Of a DNA stretch of 64,000 bases, positions 60,163 through 64,000 are shown one piece after another; the stretch's first letter is position 1, and the number at the start of each line of letters is the position of its first letter. The position numbers were made by a program, and so were the translations under genes. The notes beneath the pieces were generated by a model that ran no database searches, was not told where the DNA came from, and saw only the letters and a program-made list of their open reading frames with translations. This stretch comes from Candidatus Bathyarchaeia archaeon (GTDB lineage Bacteria > Patescibacteriota > Microgenomatia > PFEM01 > JAFGMK01): NCBI GenBank assembly GCA_035529595.1, contig DATKWK010000023.1, positions 142,961-206,960 on the forward strand. Reading direction: 5' to 3'.

Positions 60163-60182
60163 TTTAATTTACAGACTGATTT

Positions 60183-61391
60183 ATGCTCAAATTTAATTAC
60201 TATGTCAAGGACAAACAGGGAAATCCCAAAAAAGGGATCGTCGAGGCGATAGGTCAGACCCAAGCGGCACAGATCTTGAGGGAACGGGGTTTAATCGTAA
60301 TTTCCCTGCAAACAAGAACCGAAGGTATAATTTCCTTCTTCAAGAGAAAATTTTTAAGCCGGGTCGGGCTTAATGAAGTCGTTAATTTTACCCGTCAACT
60401 GTCGACGATGATTAATGCCGGTTTAGTGATTACTGATGCCTTAACGATTCTTAGAACGCAAACGGAAAACCTTAACATGGCTTCAATAATCGACTCGATT
60501 CAAAAAGATATCGAAGGCGGGAGTAGTTTTTCTAAGGCGCTCGAAAAAAACCCAGCGATTTTTGATCCGGTATATGTCGCTTTGGTTCGGGCCGGAGAAA
60601 CAGCCGGTGTTCTTGATAAAATCCTGAATCGATTAGCCGATAACTTAGAAAAAAGGCGTGAATTTGTCAATAAAATAAAAAGCGCTATGGTTTATCCTAT
60701 AATCATCGTTGGTGGTATGGTGGTCGTTGGCGCCATCATGATGATTTTTGTGATCCCCAAACTGTTGGATCTTTATCAGGAGTTTGAGGCCAATCTACCG
60801 CTGGCGACGATTATTTTAATGTCACTTTCTAATTTCTTAAGCAAATTCTGGTGGTTAGTAATAATTGTTATCCTTGCTGTTGTCTGGCTAATTAAAGCGG
60901 TGGCGAAAACTGAAGCCGGCAAGTTGAAAATCGATGCGTTTTTTTTCTCATTGCCAGTGGTTGGCCGTATGAGAAAAGCGATGATGTTAACCGAGTTTAC
61001 CAGGACCTTAGGGCTCTTAATCGGCAGCGGGGTTCTGGTAGTAGACGCTTTAAATGTCTCATTAGGAGCGATGACGAGTGCTTTATATCGGAAATCGATC
61101 AGCGACGCATCAAGCGATGTTGAAAAAGGCACTGCTTTAGCTGTTTCCTTAGCCCGAACCGAGGTTTTTCCTCCCCTTTTACCGCAGATGATTTCAGTTG
61201 GTGAGGAAACAGGCAAGCTGGATGAAGTCCTTTTAAAAATTGCCGGTTACTTTGAGGGGGAAACGGAGATGGCTATCTCTGGTCTGACAACGGCGATCGA
61301 ACCGTTAGTGATGATTATTCTTGGTTTGGGTGTCGGTTTCCTGATTGTGGCGGTTATCATGCCGATTTACAATCTGACCAGTCAGTTTTAA
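60183..61391 (+). CDS. pilC: Type IV pilus platform protein PilC/GspF
   Basis: FTRQLSTM..AG, AGE..G.L, YP, GEETG.LD and IEP motifs. Confidence 0.95.
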   Translation: MLKFNYYVKDKQGNPKKGIVEAIGQTQAAQILRERGLIVISLQTRTEGIISFFKRKFLSRVGLNEVVNFTRQLSTMINAGLVITDALTILRTQTENLNMASIIDSIQKDIEGGSSFSKALEKNPAIFDPVYVALVRAGETAGVLDKILNRLADNLEKRREFVNKIKSAMVYPIIIVGGMVVVGAIMMIFVIPKLLDLYQEFEANLPLATIILMSLSNFLSKFWWLVIIVILAVVWLIKAVAKTEAGKLKIDAFFFSLPVVGRMRKAMMLTEFTRTLGLLIGSGVLVVDALNVSLGAMTSALYRKSISDASSDVEKGTALAVSLARTEVFPPLLPQMISVGEETGKLDEVLLKIAGYFEGETEMAISGLTTAIEPLVMIILGLGVGFLIVAVIMPIYNLTSQF

Positions 61392-61503
61392 ATATCCAAG
61401 CGGTTCTACCCTTGACAAATGATTTCTAAGTATGAAATGATTGGTTATAAATCATTGGCTTCTTTCTTTATTGTCTAACTGAAAGGAGGTGACAAGAAGG
61501 AAA

Positions 61504-62031
61504 ATGCGAAAAACAACAGGTTTTACTTTAATTGAGATGTTGATTGTTATTGCTGTCATCGGTATTCTGGCGGTGGCAGTTTTGTCGGCGATTAACCCGA
61601 TCGAGCAGATGAGAAAAGCCCGGGATACCCGGCGCCGGAGTAATGCAGCCGAACTATTAAATGCCCTGGAGAGGTATTATGCAACTAATGAAGATTATGG
61701 TACGGCTTATATCGTGGGTGATGGAGCTGATTGTGCAACCGCGATTGCAGAAGGAAATCAAGTAAGTGGCGCAGATGACTTGGTTGATTTGATTTCTTCC
61801 AACGAACTAAAGTCAGAATTCGAAGACAGAATCGATACTGCTGGCGATGAACTATATAGTGCGATCGACGAAGTCGGCGGAACTGATTTAGTGACAGTTT
61901 GCTATCAGATTGAGTCAATGGCGAATATAACAAAATATGGTGAAGGACCAGCTCCTAATTGCTGCATCGAGGGAGGAGCTGCCTGTGCCGGTGATGGAAC
62001 AGCCGTAACTTACGTTTGTTTACCCGAATGA
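61504..62031 (+). CDS. Type IV pilin, probable major pilin
   Basis: TG|FTLIEMLIVIAVIGILA; strong AAAGGAGGTGA SD; hairpin downstream; Cys-rich acidic C-terminus. Confidence 0.9.
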   Translation: MRKTTGFTLIEMLIVIAVIGILAVAVLSAINPIEQMRKARDTRRRSNAAELLNALERYYATNEDYGTAYIVGDGADCATAIAEGNQVSGADDLVDLISSNELKSEFEDRIDTAGDELYSAIDEVGGTDLVTVCYQIESMANITKYGEGPAPNCCIEGGAACAGDGTAVTYVCLPE

Positions 62032-62061
62032 TGTCGGATAATTCCGGTTCTTCAAGCTAAA

Positions 62062-62089
62062 ATGGGATTTTGCGATCGCAAAATCCCAT
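62062..62089. terminator. 28 bp perfect palindrome after the pilin gene (terminator or mRNA stabiliser)
   Basis: ATGGGATTTTGCGATCGCAAAATCCCAT is its own reverse complement. Confidence 0.6.
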
Positions 62090-62108
62090 CTTATTATGGA
62101 AGGAAAAA

Positions 62109-62921
62109 ATGGATAGTTTCTTTGGTCTTTTTCTTTTCCTTTTAAGTTTAGCCGTCGGCAGTTTTTTGAATGTGGTTGTCTACCGGTTAAATAACCCTGA
62201 CTCGGTTCCGAATCGAAAGAGAAAAGATTCCGGGATTTTTTTCCTTCTGGGTGGTCGATCTTTTTGCGATAAATGTCGGCATCAGTTAAGCTGGTCAGAT
62301 AATATTCCCCTGATTTCTTTTATCGTTTTAAAAAGGAAATGTCGTTATTGCCGAAAGCCGATTTCTTGGCAGTATCCCCTGGTGGAATTGGCTACCGCTG
62401 TTTGGTCGATTATTATTTATAACTGGGTAAAACTGAAATTTGGGATTAATCTACCCGTTCTCGGTTATTATTTATTTATCAGCTATTGCCTGATTGCCCT
62501 TTTCGTTTCTGACCTCCTTTACCAGACGCTTCCCGACCCAGTCTCTTACTTGGCAATTTTAATTACCGGGGTTCATCAATTGATTAACTGGCACTTAGCT
62601 TCTCTTTTGGCGACTCTCGGGGCCGCTGCCTTCTTTTTATTTCTGCACGTGGTTACTAAAGGTAAGGGCATGGCAATTGGCGATGCCAAGCTGGTTTTTC
62701 TTTTGGGCCTATTCTTGGGTTGGCCGGTCTTAGCCATCGGACTCTATCTGGCTTTCTTGACAGGGGCAGTCATCGGAGTCATACTCATTTTAGCCGGCCG
62801 GGCAAAGTTGGGTAAGCCGATACCTTTCGGGCCTTTTTTGATCGCTAGTGCCTGGTTGGCGTTATTTACTGCCAAGGAGATTATCGCCCTTTACTTGTCC
62901 GGTTTTTGGCTCAAGACATGA
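62109..62921 (+). CDS. pilD: Prepilin peptidase
   Basis: GSFLNVV.YR, RS.C..C, NIP..S, C..C, GD.KL and IPFGPFL. Confidence 0.95.
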   Translation: MDSFFGLFLFLLSLAVGSFLNVVVYRLNNPDSVPNRKRKDSGIFFLLGGRSFCDKCRHQLSWSDNIPLISFIVLKRKCRYCRKPISWQYPLVELATAVWSIIIYNWVKLKFGINLPVLGYYLFISYCLIALFVSDLLYQTLPDPVSYLAILITGVHQLINWHLASLLATLGAAAFFLFLHVVTKGKGMAIGDAKLVFLLGLFLGWPVLAIGLYLAFLTGAVIGVILILAGRAKLGKPIPFGPFLIASAWLALFTAKEIIALYLSGFWLKT

Positions 62922-63418
62922 TGATCAAAAAATCTGTCAGATTGACAAGGAGCGAGATAGTTACCATCATTCTGACATTGATTATGGTGACGGCGGTTTC
63001 GTGGTTCAATTTGGAAAAAAGCCGCCGGCTTCAGCGAGACTTAAGTCGTAAAACCGATCTTGATCGAATAATCAAAGCTATGGGGTATTATTATCAGGTT
63101 TATAATTCATATCCTGCAAGTTCGGATAATTACAAAATCTCAGCTTGCGGCTCCGAGGGTAAAAGCGAATGTATTGCGAATCAGAAGTGGGAAGACGGGG
63201 AGGTTATTTATCTTGATTATTTACCGGTAGATCCCAAGACCTTCATTGATTCCCGTTGGCCGGATTACGGTTATCGGGCGGAGGCTACGGGCAGTTCGTT
63301 TTGGCTTTGGGCGTATCTGGAGAACGGAGAGGATTCAGATATTATTTCCGCTCAAGAGAAATGTCCCGGGAATTGGCAGAAAAACCAGTATGTTGTCTGT
63401 AAAACCGCAACCCAGTAA
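62918..63418 (+). CDS. Pilin/GspG-like protein with atypical cleavage site
   Basis: 'R|LTRSEIV' in place of G|FTLIE; 'RD..RK.DL..I..A...Y......YP' and 'LP.DP' GspG-like core. Confidence 0.75.
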   Translation: MMIKKSVRLTRSEIVTIILTLIMVTAVSWFNLEKSRRLQRDLSRKTDLDRIIKAMGYYYQVYNSYPASSDNYKISACGSEGKSECIANQKWEDGEVIYLDYLPVDPKTFIDSRWPDYGYRAEATGSSFWLWAYLENGEDSDIISAQEKCPGNWQKNQYVVCKTATQ

Positions 63419-63454
63419 TTTGCTTTAGTAAGCAAATTTGCTATAGTTAAAATG

Positions 63455-63967
63455 ATGGATAAAAATACATCCCTAAATAAATATTCGCGCTGGCAGGGAT
63501 TTTCAATGGTTGAATTGCTGATTGCGAGCTTCATTCTGGTTATTCTTATGGGTGCGGCAATGACTTTTATCAATCCCTCGACCCAACTTAAAAAAGCCCG
63601 GGATACAAAACGAAAACAGCATCTTAACCAGTATCGTATTGCGCTCGAGACTTACTCAGCGGCAAATAATAGTACTTATCCTATTCATGAGACCGCTGTC
63701 AGAGCCGACAGTCTGCCTGCAGAAGACGATCTCTGCGACGATTTGACCGGTCGATCTCCTCAGGTGGATTTCATAGAATCTTGCCCCGGCGACCCTCTTA
63801 ATACTTCCCCGTACCAGTACTCTTATCAATCCGATGAAAGCGGTTACGAAATGGCTCTTTATGCGAGATTGGAAATCGGAAACTATTGGGCTGTCTGTGG
63901 GAATGGTCAAACCGGTGAAGTCGGCGATTTGGTCGCTGTTTTAGTTTATTGTAGTCTGTCCGGTTAA
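63455..63967 (+). CDS. Type IV pilin/GspG-like protein
   Basis: QG|FSMVELL; 'KARD..R...L......ALE.Y......YP' and 'P.DP'. Confidence 0.88.
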   Translation: MDKNTSLNKYSRWQGFSMVELLIASFILVILMGAAMTFINPSTQLKKARDTKRKQHLNQYRIALETYSAANNSTYPIHETAVRADSLPAEDDLCDDLTGRSPQVDFIESCPGDPLNTSPYQYSYQSDESGYEMALYARLEIGNYWAVCGNGQTGEVGDLVAVLVYCSLSG

Positions 63968-64000
63968 GGGGGTTTATTTCATATGGACAATTTAAAAAAC

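Overview
Chromosomal segment of a low-GC bacterium using the standard genetic code. Gene content and style (many type IV pilins, a cohesin-domain protein, an N-terminally truncated RF1, a YfhO-like GT-C, a PEP-utiliser fusion) suggest Patescibacteria/CPR, probably Microgenomates; this is inference. Layout: cysS 3' end and a minor-pilin operon with a vWA adhesin (1-4.3 kb); a patchwork accessory region of mostly single genes carrying a MITE and several gene scars (4.3-23.5 kb); core genes ychF-rpsF-ssb-rpsR, S41 protease, HtrA, prfA, rpmE and hisS; dnaB, tRNA-Leu, lgt-like, dksA-like, rluA and yebC; a 1.1 kb AT-rich gap with a dif-like site before a Xer recombinase; gyrB-ppa-gyrA; and pilB-pilT-pilC-pilin-pilD. 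Best candidate for a new system (32.6-38.5 kb, minus strand): a TrpR-family YerC/HisR regulator, a promoter with a candidate operator and a complete His-leader attenuator (MKMNNINPANHHHPAKRGKGFW). These control an operon of two MurG-like GT-B proteins, a GNAT-histidine-phosphatase fusion and an M20 deacylase, followed by hisS, with no canonical his biosynthesis gene. All product calls come from motif recognition by eye; no searches were run.
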